DNA from: an uncultured Bacteriovoracaceae bacterium
GTDB lineage: Bacteria; Bdellovibrionota; Bacteriovoracia; Bacteriovoracales; Bacteriovoracaceae
Length of the DNA stretch: 64,000 nucleotides
Direction of reading: 5' to 3'
Assembly (NCBI GenBank): GCA_964012805.1
Contig: CAXGUD010000009.1
Coordinates: 49,204-113,203, forward strand
In this document: piece by piece, positions 29,098 through 38,538 of the stretch
How the letters are laid out: every line of letters starts with the position of its first letter
How positions within the stretch are numbered: the stretch's first letter is position 1
The notes under the pieces: model-generated
Told to the model about the DNA's origin: nothing
The model's database searches: none
The model's input: only the letters and a program-made list of their open reading frames with translations
Position numbers and translations under genes: made by a program

Positions 29098-30087
29098 TTA
29101 AGGAATTCTTCTCAACTTTGTTTGCCCTAAAAATATTTCCAAGAGTAAAATAAAGAGTCCTGGAATTAAAAAGTGGGCGAACATTTCATTGTATTCTGTG
29201 TATTTTTTGACCTCAATTTTAGTTTTTTCTAACTTATCAATTAGGCTGTAAATATTTTTAAGTTCGTCAGTGTTAGTAGCTCTAAAGTACCTTGCTCCAG
29301 TCTCAGAGGCGACTTGTTTAAGAGTTGATTCATCTAAGTCCACTTTTTGGTAAATATAGCGTTTTCCAAAAAGAGTATCTGCTAAAAAAGGTGCCTTCCC
29401 CTGGGTCCCAACACCGATGGTATAAACTTTAACTCCGTAATGATCGGCAAGTTTAGAAGCCTGTAAGGGGCTCAAACGCCCAGCAGTATTTCTTCCATCA
29501 GTGAGAGCAATCATTATTTTTGACTTGGACTTTAGGTCCTTCATCCGGTTTACGCCAATACCAATGGCCTGTCCCAAAGCCGTGGCTGATCCGGCCATAC
29601 CTATTTTTATGTTGTCAAGAAAGTCCATGACAATACCGTGGTCAAGAGTCAATGGACATTGTGTGAAAGCTTCCTCACCAAAAACAACGAGCCCAATTCT
29701 GTCATTGGGTCTCTTTTTAATAAAGTCTCTTACCACCTCTTTAACGACTCTCAAACGGTTAACTCTCTTTCCTTCTCTCTTAAAATCTAAGGCCTGCATA
29801 CTTTCGGAAGTATCGAGAACAAGTAATATGTCGACGCCTTCTGAATTCGTTTTTGTAAACTGCCTTCCTGACTGTGGTCTAGCAAGTGCTACAACAAGAA
29901 GAATAATGGCCAGAGACCGTAGAATAAGAAGAATTAATTTGGGATTATTTCTCGCTCTCATATTCATTGATTTCAGGAGGTCAATACTTGAAAAGCGAAT
30001 CTTTCCTCCACTTTTTTGCCCCCAAATAAAAATAGGGACAATAACTAAAAACAAGCATAAAAACCATGGGTAAGCCAGACGGATCAT
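29098..30087 (-). CDS. batA: BatA VWA-domain protein
   Basis: ALARPQ, DTSESM, QCPLTLDH, LTDGRN, YFRAT, terminal RRIP. Confidence 0.88.
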   Translation of the reverse strand: MIRLAYPWFLCLFLVIVPIFIWGQKSGGKIRFSSIDLLKSMNMRARNNPKLILLILRSLAIILLVVALARPQSGRQFTKTNSEGVDILLVLDTSESMQALDFKREGKRVNRLRVVKEVVRDFIKKRPNDRIGLVVFGEEAFTQCPLTLDHGIVMDFLDNIKIGMAGSATALGQAIGIGVNRMKDLKSKSKIMIALTDGRNTAGRLSPLQASKLADHYGVKVYTIGVGTQGKAPFLADTLFGKRYIYQKVDLDESTLKQVASETGARYFRATNTDELKNIYSLIDKLEKTKIEVKKYTEYNEMFAHFLIPGLFILLLEIFLGQTKLRRIP

Positions 30088-31148
30088 AAAACTGAATCCT
30101 CCTCATTTTCATTATCAACTTTTTTAGGCATTGTTTCCAAAACGAATTTTTTTGCGTCTTGCAAAATACCTTCTCCTTCTTCTTCACTTTTTTCGATATT
30201 GGCAAATTTAACAAGGTCAGCCTCTTTCAATATTCCTAAAAAGGCCCTTTGCTGAGAAGGCCCAACCGAATTTAAAAGATCAATATCTCTTTTTATTTCT
30301 TCTTGTGTCCGCTCTTTGGCTGGAAATTTATAACTATCCTCAACATAAGAGCGCACAATATCTGAAAGGGAAAAATAAAAACTTTTCCTCTTAGAATAGT
30401 CTGACAGACAAGAAATACCTTTTTTTAAATTTTCCAATTCTAAAAGGGCCTTTTCATGAGGAGGCGGGAGAGGTATTGCATCTCTTTGCCTTCCCTTTCT
30501 CTTATTAAAAAAGTAAATCAAGAACCCAAAAACACCAAGCACCAATAACGCTCCAACAAAATATGTAAGGGTTTTAGATGGAGCAATAGTCAGAGGCTTA
30601 ATATCCCTTAATCCACTTTCTTTTCCCTTAAAACCTCCTAACTCACTCTGCTTATTTGTTCCTTTAGACGTTTTTGAAACTTCATTTTTCACTTCAACAA
30701 AAATTTCCGGTGAACTTAAAATGATGTCCTTTCCTGCCTTATTTTTAAGAGACAATTTCAAAGAAGGTAAAATGTAAGAACCAGTGAGGTCTGCTTCTAA
30801 CTTATACCACCTCTCAAAAACCCACTCTCCATCTTCTTTAACTGGCCCTTCTTTACCAAAGTCAACAATCCTAAAACCTTGAATTTTGTCACCACTTTCA
30901 GGCAGATAGAGAGGTCCCTCTTTGAGCGAAGAAAAAGCCCGAAGACGAAACGTAAGGGTTTCACCTGGACTTAAAATGGCCTTATCAACCTCTGCCTTCA
31001 AAAAGCTTGTCCTCTTACCTTCATCTGCCAATACGTTTTGAAATAAGGTCAAGTAACTAAAAAAGAGGGTCAAAAAAATTAACAAAGAAGAATGAGCCTC
31101 TTTCAAAAAATCAATGGACCTAGTTCGTGTTTGAGTTCTCATTTCCAC
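30084..31148 (-). CDS. Bat-operon membrane protein (BatD-like Ig domain + TM + DUF4381-like tail)
   Basis: LRDIKP before the TM, PPHEKAL, LSDIVRSY, ADLVKFA. Confidence 0.7.
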   Translation of the reverse strand: MEMRTQTRTRSIDFLKEAHSSLLIFLTLFFSYLTLFQNVLADEGKRTSFLKAEVDKAILSPGETLTFRLRAFSSLKEGPLYLPESGDKIQGFRIVDFGKEGPVKEDGEWVFERWYKLEADLTGSYILPSLKLSLKNKAGKDIILSSPEIFVEVKNEVSKTSKGTNKQSELGGFKGKESGLRDIKPLTIAPSKTLTYFVGALLVLGVFGFLIYFFNKRKGRQRDAIPLPPPHEKALLELENLKKGISCLSDYSKRKSFYFSLSDIVRSYVEDSYKFPAKERTQEEIKRDIDLLNSVGPSQQRAFLGILKEADLVKFANIEKSEEEGEGILQDAKKFVLETMPKKVDNENEEDSVL

Positions 31149-32383
31149 CTTTCGACAAAAAGCTGTACATTTTCGTTCTTGAATGACTCTTGAACAAGTT
31201 TCTTATAGAGGCCTTGGCCCTTTTCTATTTTATAACTCTGCTCAACAACATTTTTAATATCATTGTATGCATATTGTTGGGGAAGCGTTTTTTCCGCTAC
31301 AATATACATTTTATAAGTACCGGAGGTTAAAAAAGGTCCGCTCCATTCGCCCTTATTTTTTTTAAAAAGACCTTTAATTTGAGAAGGATTTAACTTTAAA
31401 TTAGGTGAAGCCAAACCCTTAGTCAGCGTAATTTCCTTTTCAACAGAAGCCGAAGGTAACATTTTTTTGACTTCATTTATAAGGTTTGTGACTTTTTTAT
31501 TTCTTTTTAGGAAAGCTTTTAACTTTTTTGATTGATCTTTTCCTTTAAATTCAATCTTGGTAAGGTTTAAAGTTTCCTTTTGAGAAAATTTCTCCCTATT
31601 TGCTTTGAAATAATTTTTAAGGTCGACTTCATCAACTTTGATCTTTCTTTCTACTTCGTTTTTAAGTAGTTTTTCAACCAGCAACTGTTTTGTAACGTTT
31701 TCAAGTTTCTTAATGAAAGATGGATCCTTTTCCAGCCCCAGTCTTTTCGATTTTTGCCATAGGATTTGATTAATGACATACTTTTGAAGTAGTTCCTGTT
31801 TAACCTTATTGGACTTTAAATTTTCCTGTCCTTTGCCAAATGCATGAAAAGAATCTACGTATTCGTTTAACTGATAATCATAAATGTTTTGCTCTCCCAC
31901 TTTAGCTACAATGGCAGCACCTTTTCTTTTAGTTGCATCCTTATCCGTGGAAAGTGTGGTTTTATCTTTAATAAAGGCTTTAGCAGCACCAAACTTTTTA
32001 AGTTTTTCCAAGAGGGCCACTATCCTCTTGTTAGCTTCCGTTATGTAAGTCGATTTAGGATCCAAAAGCTCTACTTTATAAAACCAGGAGATGGCCTTTT
32101 CCAAATGTCCTTCTTCTTCATACAATTCACCAAGTGAATAAGACATTTTTGCTTTTACTTTCGCATCAACTTTCCCTTTCTCAAGGTATTTCTCGTACTC
32201 TCTGGCAGCTTGATTCAAAAGCCCAGCAGCATGTAGTTTTGATGCAGCATCTTTAAGAACAGTGACCTCTCCTTGATCAGAGTTTTTTCCACTTTCAAAG
32301 TTTTGAAAAACTAAAATACCAAGAAGCCCCCCCAATATACATTGACTAAAAAAAAGAACCATAAACCTTGTATCTTTTTTCAT
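31139..32383 (-). CDS. TPR + SurA/PpiC-like peptidyl-prolyl isomerase/foldase
   Basis: N-terminal TM, TPRs, IVAKVG, LGLEKDP, LKNYFKANREKF, GEWSGPF. Confidence 0.7.
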   Translation of the reverse strand: MKKDTRFMVLFFSQCILGGLLGILVFQNFESGKNSDQGEVTVLKDAASKLHAAGLLNQAAREYEKYLEKGKVDAKVKAKMSYSLGELYEEEGHLEKAISWFYKVELLDPKSTYITEANKRIVALLEKLKKFGAAKAFIKDKTTLSTDKDATKRKGAAIVAKVGEQNIYDYQLNEYVDSFHAFGKGQENLKSNKVKQELLQKYVINQILWQKSKRLGLEKDPSFIKKLENVTKQLLVEKLLKNEVERKIKVDEVDLKNYFKANREKFSQKETLNLTKIEFKGKDQSKKLKAFLKRNKKVTNLINEVKKMLPSASVEKEITLTKGLASPNLKLNPSQIKGLFKKNKGEWSGPFLTSGTYKMYIVAEKTLPQQYAYNDIKNVVEQSYKIEKGQGLYKKLVQESFKNENVQLFVERWK

Positions 32384-33273
32384 CTTTTCCTTTCCCTTTC
32401 TCTAAAGAACTTAATGAGAGTGTCAAAATAAGAACCGTCTGTTCTTACATCTAGAAAATCTATCCCATTTTTTTGGAAAAACCTTTTTTTCTCTCTTAAG
32501 GCAAGTTTTGCTTTTTTTGAAAATGATTGGACACCATTGAGATCACTAGTGTTAATTAAAAGAGATTCACCAGTCTCAGCATCCTCTAACTCAATATAGC
32601 CGATATTGGGGATTTCTATCTCTCTAGGGTCAGTGACAGAAATGGCCACAAGGTCATGCTTTCTCGAAAAGCTCCTTAACTTGTTTTCAAATCCTTCCCC
32701 TTGAAAGTCTGAAATTAAAAACGTAATGGCCTTCTTTTTCATAACCTTGTTCATAAAGTCGATAGGAACTGAAATATCCGTTTTCTTGGCTTTAGATTTA
32801 AAGGAAAGGATATCTCGAATGAGTGACCAAACATGCCCTCTTCCCTTCTTTGGAGGAATGTAATGCTCGACATGGTCAGAGAAAATAATGAGCCCAACCT
32901 TATCATTACTTCTTAAAGCTGTGTAGGCCAGAAGGGCCGTAATTTCAGCAGAGACCTCATTTTTAAACTTTTTCTGAGTTCCAAAATGAGAAGAAGCTGA
33001 AACATCCACAAGAAAAAAAACGACAAGTTCTCTTTCATCCCTAAACGTTTTTATATAAGGTTTTTGGCTTCTTGCAGTTACATTCCAATCAATATTTCTT
33101 ATGTCATCTCCAGGAACGTACTCTCGAACTTCCTCAAATTCCATACCACGGCCTTTAAAAACGCTTAGATACTCCCCTGCAAAAGCGTCGTTGACCATGT
33201 ACTTGGCCTTAAATTGTATCTTTTTTACTTTGGCCAATAACTCGTCATCAAAAAACTGTGTTGGTTCGTTCAT
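32380..33273 (-). CDS. DUF58 domain protein
   Basis: KGRGMEFEEVREY.PGDDIRNIDWNVTAR, LISDF. Confidence 0.92.
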   Translation of the reverse strand: MNEPTQFFDDELLAKVKKIQFKAKYMVNDAFAGEYLSVFKGRGMEFEEVREYVPGDDIRNIDWNVTARSQKPYIKTFRDERELVVFFLVDVSASSHFGTQKKFKNEVSAEITALLAYTALRSNDKVGLIIFSDHVEHYIPPKKGRGHVWSLIRDILSFKSKAKKTDISVPIDFMNKVMKKKAITFLISDFQGEGFENKLRSFSRKHDLVAISVTDPREIEIPNIGYIELEDAETGESLLINTSDLNGVQSFSKKAKLALREKKRFFQKNGIDFLDVRTDGSYFDTLIKFFRERERKR

Positions 33274-33287
33274 TTCATTTCCATGAT

Positions 33288-34277
33288 TTAAGGTACATCA
33301 ATTTTATCAAAAACCTTTTGAATAATATCAGTTGAATTCATATCTTGTGCTTCTGCTTCATACGAAATAAGAATTCTATGCCTTAAAACATCTGGTCCTA
33401 TTGTCTTAATATCTTGAGGAGTCACATAACCTCTTCCATTGAGGAAGGCTTGGGCTTTTGCTGCTTTAATAAGGTTGATAGAAGCTCTTGGTGACCCACC
33501 ATACTCAATCAAATGTTTCATATCTTTGAGACCAAAAAGCTCTGGGTTTCGTGTGGCAAAAACAAGATTCGCAACATAATCATATAATTTATCGTCAACA
33601 AATACTTGAGAGACAAGCTGACGAAGCTCAATAATTTTTTCTGGCGTTAATACTTTTGTAATCGTTGGTTGATGAACACCTTCCATTCTTTTCATAATTG
33701 AAATTTCTTCTTCTTTACTAGGATAATCAACGACAACTTTAAGCATGAAACGGTCTACCTGAGCTTCCGGTAGTGGATAAGTTCCTTCTTGCTCAACAGG
33801 GTTTTGAGTTGCCATAACAAGGAATGTCTCTGGAAGCTTAAACGTTTCGTCACCTATAGTTACTTGCTTTTCTTGCATTGACTCCAAAAGTGCACTTTGT
33901 ACTTTAGCTGGAGCCCTGTTAATTTCATCAGCTAAAACAATATGAGCAAAAAGAGGTCCTTTTTTAACGTGGAAATTCCCCTCCTTAGGAGAATAAATTT
34001 GGGTTCCTATAAGGTCAGCCGGGAGGAGGTCTGGTGTGAACTGAATCCTGCTAAACTCAGCTTGAATAACCTCGGAAAGAGTTTTAATGGCCGTTGTTTT
34101 AGCGAGACCTGGAACACCTTCAACTAAAATATGTCCATCGGAAAGTAGACCTATAAGTAACTTTTCTGTCATATTTCTTTGGCCTACAAGAACTTTACTA
34201 ACTTCCTCACTGACGGCGGCAACAACGGGAAATTCTCTTTCAATTTTTTGAGTTATCTGTTCTACTGACTCACTCAT
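33288..34277 (-). CDS. moxR: MoxR family AAA+ ATPase
   Basis: GVPGLAKT, RIQFTPDLLPAD, DEINRAPAKVQSALLE, EAQVDRF. Confidence 0.95.
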   Translation of the reverse strand: MSESVEQITQKIEREFPVVAAVSEEVSKVLVGQRNMTEKLLIGLLSDGHILVEGVPGLAKTTAIKTLSEVIQAEFSRIQFTPDLLPADLIGTQIYSPKEGNFHVKKGPLFAHIVLADEINRAPAKVQSALLESMQEKQVTIGDETFKLPETFLVMATQNPVEQEGTYPLPEAQVDRFMLKVVVDYPSKEEEISIMKRMEGVHQPTITKVLTPEKIIELRQLVSQVFVDDKLYDYVANLVFATRNPELFGLKDMKHLIEYGGSPRASINLIKAAKAQAFLNGRGYVTPQDIKTIGPDVLRHRILISYEAEAQDMNSTDIIQKVFDKIDVP

Positions 34278-34333
34278 TTATGTCCTCCCTCTTAATTTTT
34301 TTATTTTTAACTATGTTTTTATATTTACTAAAA

Positions 34334-35689
34334 TTAAATGATGTCTTCTTTTTTTACCTCATGCTCTAATCTTTTTTCTAAATAGCGGACTTTCATTTCA
34401 TCCACGGCTTTCCCTCCTCCATATTTGTGGGTTTCAAGCAACGCGTTCTCTTCTTTCCCATCAAGGCCTTTTTCAATTGATAACTTTCTATTAAGCTCAA
34501 TAAGTTTAGAAATATATTCTTTCTGTTTACCTTCCATTTTCATTCTTTGGAGTTCTTCAAAAAGTAGCCCATTAATCCAAGAAAAGTTTTCCTCTCCTGG
34601 ATGAAAAGTTTTCTTCCCTTTTCTCTTATGCCTCCAAAATAAAAACAGTACCGCACAAAATAAAAGAAACACAACAAAAGCGAACTCCATCCAACTAAGT
34701 GCTCCCCATCGACTGGCAACACTCAAAGAAATACCCGGATGCCTTGAAAACCTCTCTGCCCCCCCACTTCTTGGACTATAAGAAAGTTCTATTGGTCCTA
34801 TTTGATAATTACCCTTTTCTTTTAGTTCAAAGGGGTAGTGATATTCTAAAACCGATTGTCCTTCCCTAATACTTGTCGTGGACGTAACGCCTTTAGAGTT
34901 TAAACCTTTTGGAAACCTTACTGTCGGTACCTTTATCAAGTATCTCCGTGAATTACTTGGCCAGGTAATTGATACCTTTAAAGTATGAACTCCTCCCACT
35001 TTAAAAATATTATTTTCAGGTTTCAAGGAGCTCACTTTCATAACAGGCGGAAGCAAGTCTTTTGGAAATGAAAAACGCTCTTTATTTCCTCCGACCTTCT
35101 TTCCTCCATTTAACTCTGATAGCGTTTTATATTGTGAGAGTTTTTTTAATTCCTCAAAAACCTCCTGCGTCTCCCAGCTCTTTCCTCCTCTGAAGACTCC
35201 TGCCAAAAAGCCATCTGGAGAAATTATGTAAACGCTTGGTATAGCGGTAGCTTGATAGATTCGAGAAACTTCTGATTGATCATCATGAAAATTAGGAAAA
35301 GTTATCCCAGTTTCCTTTAGGTACTTTTTAACCAATCTTCTGTTTCCCTGATCAACAGAGACACCAACGACTTGGATATTTGAAGCTTGGAATTCTTGGG
35401 CAGCACTTTCAAGAGTAGGCATCTCCATCCGGCAAGGTCCACACCAAGTTGCCCAAAAATTTAAAAGGACCCACTTACCTCTATAATCACTTAAGCTTCC
35501 TTCAGAACCTTTTATATAAGGGAGTGTAAAGTCTTTGGATTTTATTTGGGTGGGAGTAAATCCTAGCCTTTCTAGAATGTTGTCTTGGGCATTGAGAAGT
35601 TCTGTAAAGGTAGCGGATAATATTAAGCTCAATAATAGGAACTTAAGCTGGTACATACTTACAAGAAACTTTAATTTAGTTTTTAACAT
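34334..35689 (-). CDS. TlpA/ResA-like thiol-disulfide oxidoreductase fused to a BatD-like domain and TM
   Basis: Signal peptide, NFWATWCGPCRMEMP, Ig-like segment (GNYQIGPIELSY), TM followed by a basic patch. Confidence 0.8.
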   Translation of the reverse strand: MLKTKLKFLVSMYQLKFLLLSLILSATFTELLNAQDNILERLGFTPTQIKSKDFTLPYIKGSEGSLSDYRGKWVLLNFWATWCGPCRMEMPTLESAAQEFQASNIQVVGVSVDQGNRRLVKKYLKETGITFPNFHDDQSEVSRIYQATAIPSVYIISPDGFLAGVFRGGKSWETQEVFEELKKLSQYKTLSELNGGKKVGGNKERFSFPKDLLPPVMKVSSLKPENNIFKVGGVHTLKVSITWPSNSRRYLIKVPTVRFPKGLNSKGVTSTTSIREGQSVLEYHYPFELKEKGNYQIGPIELSYSPRSGGAERFSRHPGISLSVASRWGALSWMEFAFVVFLLFCAVLFLFWRHKRKGKKTFHPGEENFSWINGLLFEELQRMKMEGKQKEYISKLIELNRKLSIEKGLDGKEENALLETHKYGGGKAVDEMKVRYLEKRLEHEVKKEDII

Positions 35690-35824
35690 AAACCCAAAAA
35701 CCTTTATTTTGCTTCTATCTCTAAAAGATCAGAGGAGATCTCTTTGGTGCTCTCTGCTTTGATACTCTCTACTTTGATGATTATGCTAAAAGCCCCATCT
35801 CAAATCAAGAAAAAGATGAATAGC

Positions 35825-36628
35825 TTAACTCTTTGCAACTTTTTTAAACACCCTAAAAAGAATGGGAGAAAAATTTCCTACTCCTGGAGGCAGTGCTTCA
35901 TTAAAAAACTCTAAAAATAATGTGTTCTTCCCAACCCCTCCTTTAGGTTTTACTGCGCCAGAAAAGATTCGGCTCAAATAAAAATGAGTCGACAAATAAT
36001 TTGAAGGCCAAAGGCCGTCTATTTCTTCAAGGCCTATTCTATCAAGAACAGAACCTAGTTTATCGCTTAAATAGCGGTTGTGTGGAGAAATAGGAATTTC
36101 CTCCATTAGCATTTCTTTTCTTCCCTTATTAAGTTGCACCCAAGGTGTCCTGAAACTCTCACTCATTAAGTAAAGCCCACCTTCATGAAGCAGATCCGCA
36201 ATGTTAAGGAATGCCTGGAACTGCTCTTCCCAACTTAAAAGGTTTATAATGACCCTCTCAGTTATTATGAGGTCAACTTTGTTAGGCCAAAAGTTCTTTT
36301 CTCGGCAATCACCCTTTTTAACAACTGCTCTTTCCAAGCCGCGGTTTTTAGCTATTTCAAAAAGGTGCGGAGAAAACTCGATGCCTCCAAAGGAGGACTC
36401 AGGGAAAGACTTCTCTAAAACATCTAGCAGGTATCCATTTCCGCACCCGACATCCAAAACTTTCAAAGCTCGCCCATTGAGTTTGCAAAAACGATCTATT
36501 TCTTGAGAGAAGAATCGAATTTCGTTTTGTCTGATGACTTGATCCTGCATTGTACAATGAGGACCTTCTCCAAAACTTTTGGCCAATTTTTCATAGTGGT
36601 TAAGAATTATCTTATCGCCTTTTCCCAT
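35825..36628 (-). CDS. Class I SAM-dependent methyltransferase
   Basis: VLDVGCGNG motif I. Confidence 0.85.
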   Translation of the reverse strand: MGKGDKIILNHYEKLAKSFGEGPHCTMQDQVIRQNEIRFFSQEIDRFCKLNGRALKVLDVGCGNGYLLDVLEKSFPESSFGGIEFSPHLFEIAKNRGLERAVVKKGDCREKNFWPNKVDLIITERVIINLLSWEEQFQAFLNIADLLHEGGLYLMSESFRTPWVQLNKGRKEMLMEEIPISPHNRYLSDKLGSVLDRIGLEEIDGLWPSNYLSTHFYLSRIFSGAVKPKGGVGKNTLFLEFFNEALPPGVGNFSPILFRVFKKVAKS

Positions 36629-36667
36629 GGGCGCTTTCTATCAATTGGAAAACAAAAAGACAATGCG

Positions 36668-37051
36668 TTACTTTAAAGCATCACCAATTGGTCTAGGTTT
36701 CCTATCCTCATCAATGGCCACATAAGTAAAAATTCCTTCTGTAACTTTAAAACGACGAAAGTTTCGGCTTACCCAAGCTTCAACCTTAACACTTAGAGAT
36801 GTATTTCCTGTTTTGATATTTTGAACATAGCAACATAGAATATCTCCAACCAAAACAGGTCTATGAAAAGTCATTCCATCAACTGCTACTGTAACAGTTC
36901 TTCCCCTGGCCAAGGAGCTTGAAAAAACTCCTCCAGCAATATCCATTTGACTAAGGACCCAGCCACCAAAGATATCACCGCTAGGATTTGTATCAGCTGG
37001 CATGGCTTGAGTTCGTATAGATAGTTCACCCTTTGGTTCTTCCTCTGACAT
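36668..37051 (-). CDS. Acyl-CoA thioesterase (YciA/hotdog family)
   Basis: AMPADTNPSGDIFGGWVLSQMDIAG. Confidence 0.9.
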   Translation of the reverse strand: MSEEEPKGELSIRTQAMPADTNPSGDIFGGWVLSQMDIAGGVFSSSLARGRTVTVAVDGMTFHRPVLVGDILCCYVQNIKTGNTSLSVKVEAWVSRNFRRFKVTEGIFTYVAIDEDRKPRPIGDALK

Positions 37052-37120
37052 TTAAGACTCCCTGTTTTTGTAAGTGGCTATTTTATTGTCGAAAAGAAAA
37101 AAAGAAAAGAAAGAAGGTGT

Positions 37121-37732
37121 TTATCTTTGACTCAGTAACTTTCCAAAATCCGTTGACTCCTGCTTTCCTAGCAACACTTGTCCATCAAGAGTATAGCCTG
37201 GGGAAACAAAAATTCCGGACTTATTTGCCAAAACTTCATTTTGCCTAAGCTCCTTTTCCAGAAAAGGTGACTTCAACTCAAGCTTAAATTTGGCAAAATC
37301 CAACCCCAAATCAGTTATAACATTTTTAAGGAAGGCTTCATTTATTTCACCTTTTAGAGTCTGTTCAAAAACTCTTTTGTAAAAAGACTCAGCGAACTTT
37401 TTATTTTGATTTAAAAGCATGTGATAGTATTTACCGGCAATCCATGAAAATCCTTCATCAGAGAAAGCAAGACTTTTCCTTACAATTCGAACACGACTCC
37501 CCACTTTTTCTTTAAAAGAGCTGAGAGACTTTGAACTCTGAGCACTAAGAGGGCAAGAAAAGTCAAAGTATTCGGTAAGAGTCAAAGTTTTTCCTTTCTC
37601 AGCTCTTTTAAACCCTTCCTTCGCTTCGGAAAAAGAAAGTCCAAATGTAAACAAGACGGTAAACAACAGAAAAGTAAATGACTTCCCAAAAACACAGTGA
37701 AAGGAATGACTAAACTTTCTTAACCTTGGCAT
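37121..37732 (-). CDS. DsbA-like thioredoxin-fold protein with CxxS site
   Basis: TEYFDFSCPLS, cis-Pro region GIFVSPGY, N-terminal export signal. Confidence 0.7.
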   Translation of the reverse strand: MPRLRKFSHSFHCVFGKSFTFLLFTVLFTFGLSFSEAKEGFKRAEKGKTLTLTEYFDFSCPLSAQSSKSLSSFKEKVGSRVRIVRKSLAFSDEGFSWIAGKYYHMLLNQNKKFAESFYKRVFEQTLKGEINEAFLKNVITDLGLDFAKFKLELKSPFLEKELRQNEVLANKSGIFVSPGYTLDGQVLLGKQESTDFGKLLSQR

Positions 37733-37834
37733 CAGAATTCCTTTTTTTATAGATTAATTTGTCATAGGGAATAAGAATCATTGTCAGGTATATGCCAAGA
37801 TTAAGTTAGACTACACACCAAAATGTCAAAATCT

Positions 37835-38503
37835 TTATATCGGCTTGAGTCTGTAGCCAATACCTCGCATTGTTTCAATCATGTCTTCTGAAATTTTTTG
37901 TCTTAATTGAAGAACATGAGTATCAACCGTCCTCGTCGAAGGATAGTTTTCAAAGCCCCAAACTTTATTCAAAATTTCTTCCCTCGAAAAAACCCTTCCT
38001 GGAGACTCTGCTAGTAATCTTAAAAGATCATATTCCATTTTTGTAAGCTCTAAAGGCTTATCACCAAAAATGACATCACGCTTCTCCAAGTCAATTTTTA
38101 GAGAATGAACTTCAATAACTTTAATTTCTTTTTCAGAAGTCCCTTTATTTTCTCTTAACTGAACCCTGATTCTTGCTATTAGCTCTCTGGGTTCAAATGG
38201 TTTAGTAATGTAATCATTAGCACCAGACTCCAACCCTAGAACTTTGTCAATGAGTTCTGTTTTTGCAGTAAGCATAATTATCGGCATTTGAGGATGCTCA
38301 CTCCTCATCTCTTTTAAAAAATCAATTCCTTGTCCATCGGGAAGCATCCAATCAAGTATAACTAGAGAAAACTCACCATCTTTCAAAGCTCTGGCATGTT
38401 TTAGGCTTCCGGCCAAAGACACGCTATACCCTTCATCTTCCAGATGTTTTTTGAGTGAAATACCCAAATTTTCATCGTCCTCAACTAGCATCACTCTCGC
38501 CAT
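37835..38503 (-). CDS. OmpR-family response regulator (VxrB-like)
   Basis: LVEDD, LDWMLP, GANDYITKPF, winged helix STRTVDTHV...RGIGY. Confidence 0.92.
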   Translation of the reverse strand: MARVMLVEDDENLGISLKKHLEDEGYSVSLAGSLKHARALKDGEFSLVILDWMLPDGQGIDFLKEMRSEHPQMPIIMLTAKTELIDKVLGLESGANDYITKPFEPRELIARIRVQLRENKGTSEKEIKVIEVHSLKIDLEKRDVIFGDKPLELTKMEYDLLRLLAESPGRVFSREEILNKVWGFENYPSTRTVDTHVLQLRQKISEDMIETMRGIGYRLKPI

Positions 38504-38538
38504 AATTTTTTCCTTTTTTCATATAAGAATCTAAAAAT

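Noticed and set aside
29501..30073. 190-aa plus-strand ORF
   Set aside because: Antisense shadow of batA with no recognisable motifs
37540..37560. Selenocysteine at the DsbA-like active site
   Set aside because: Codons are TGC CCT CTT AGT; there is no TGA
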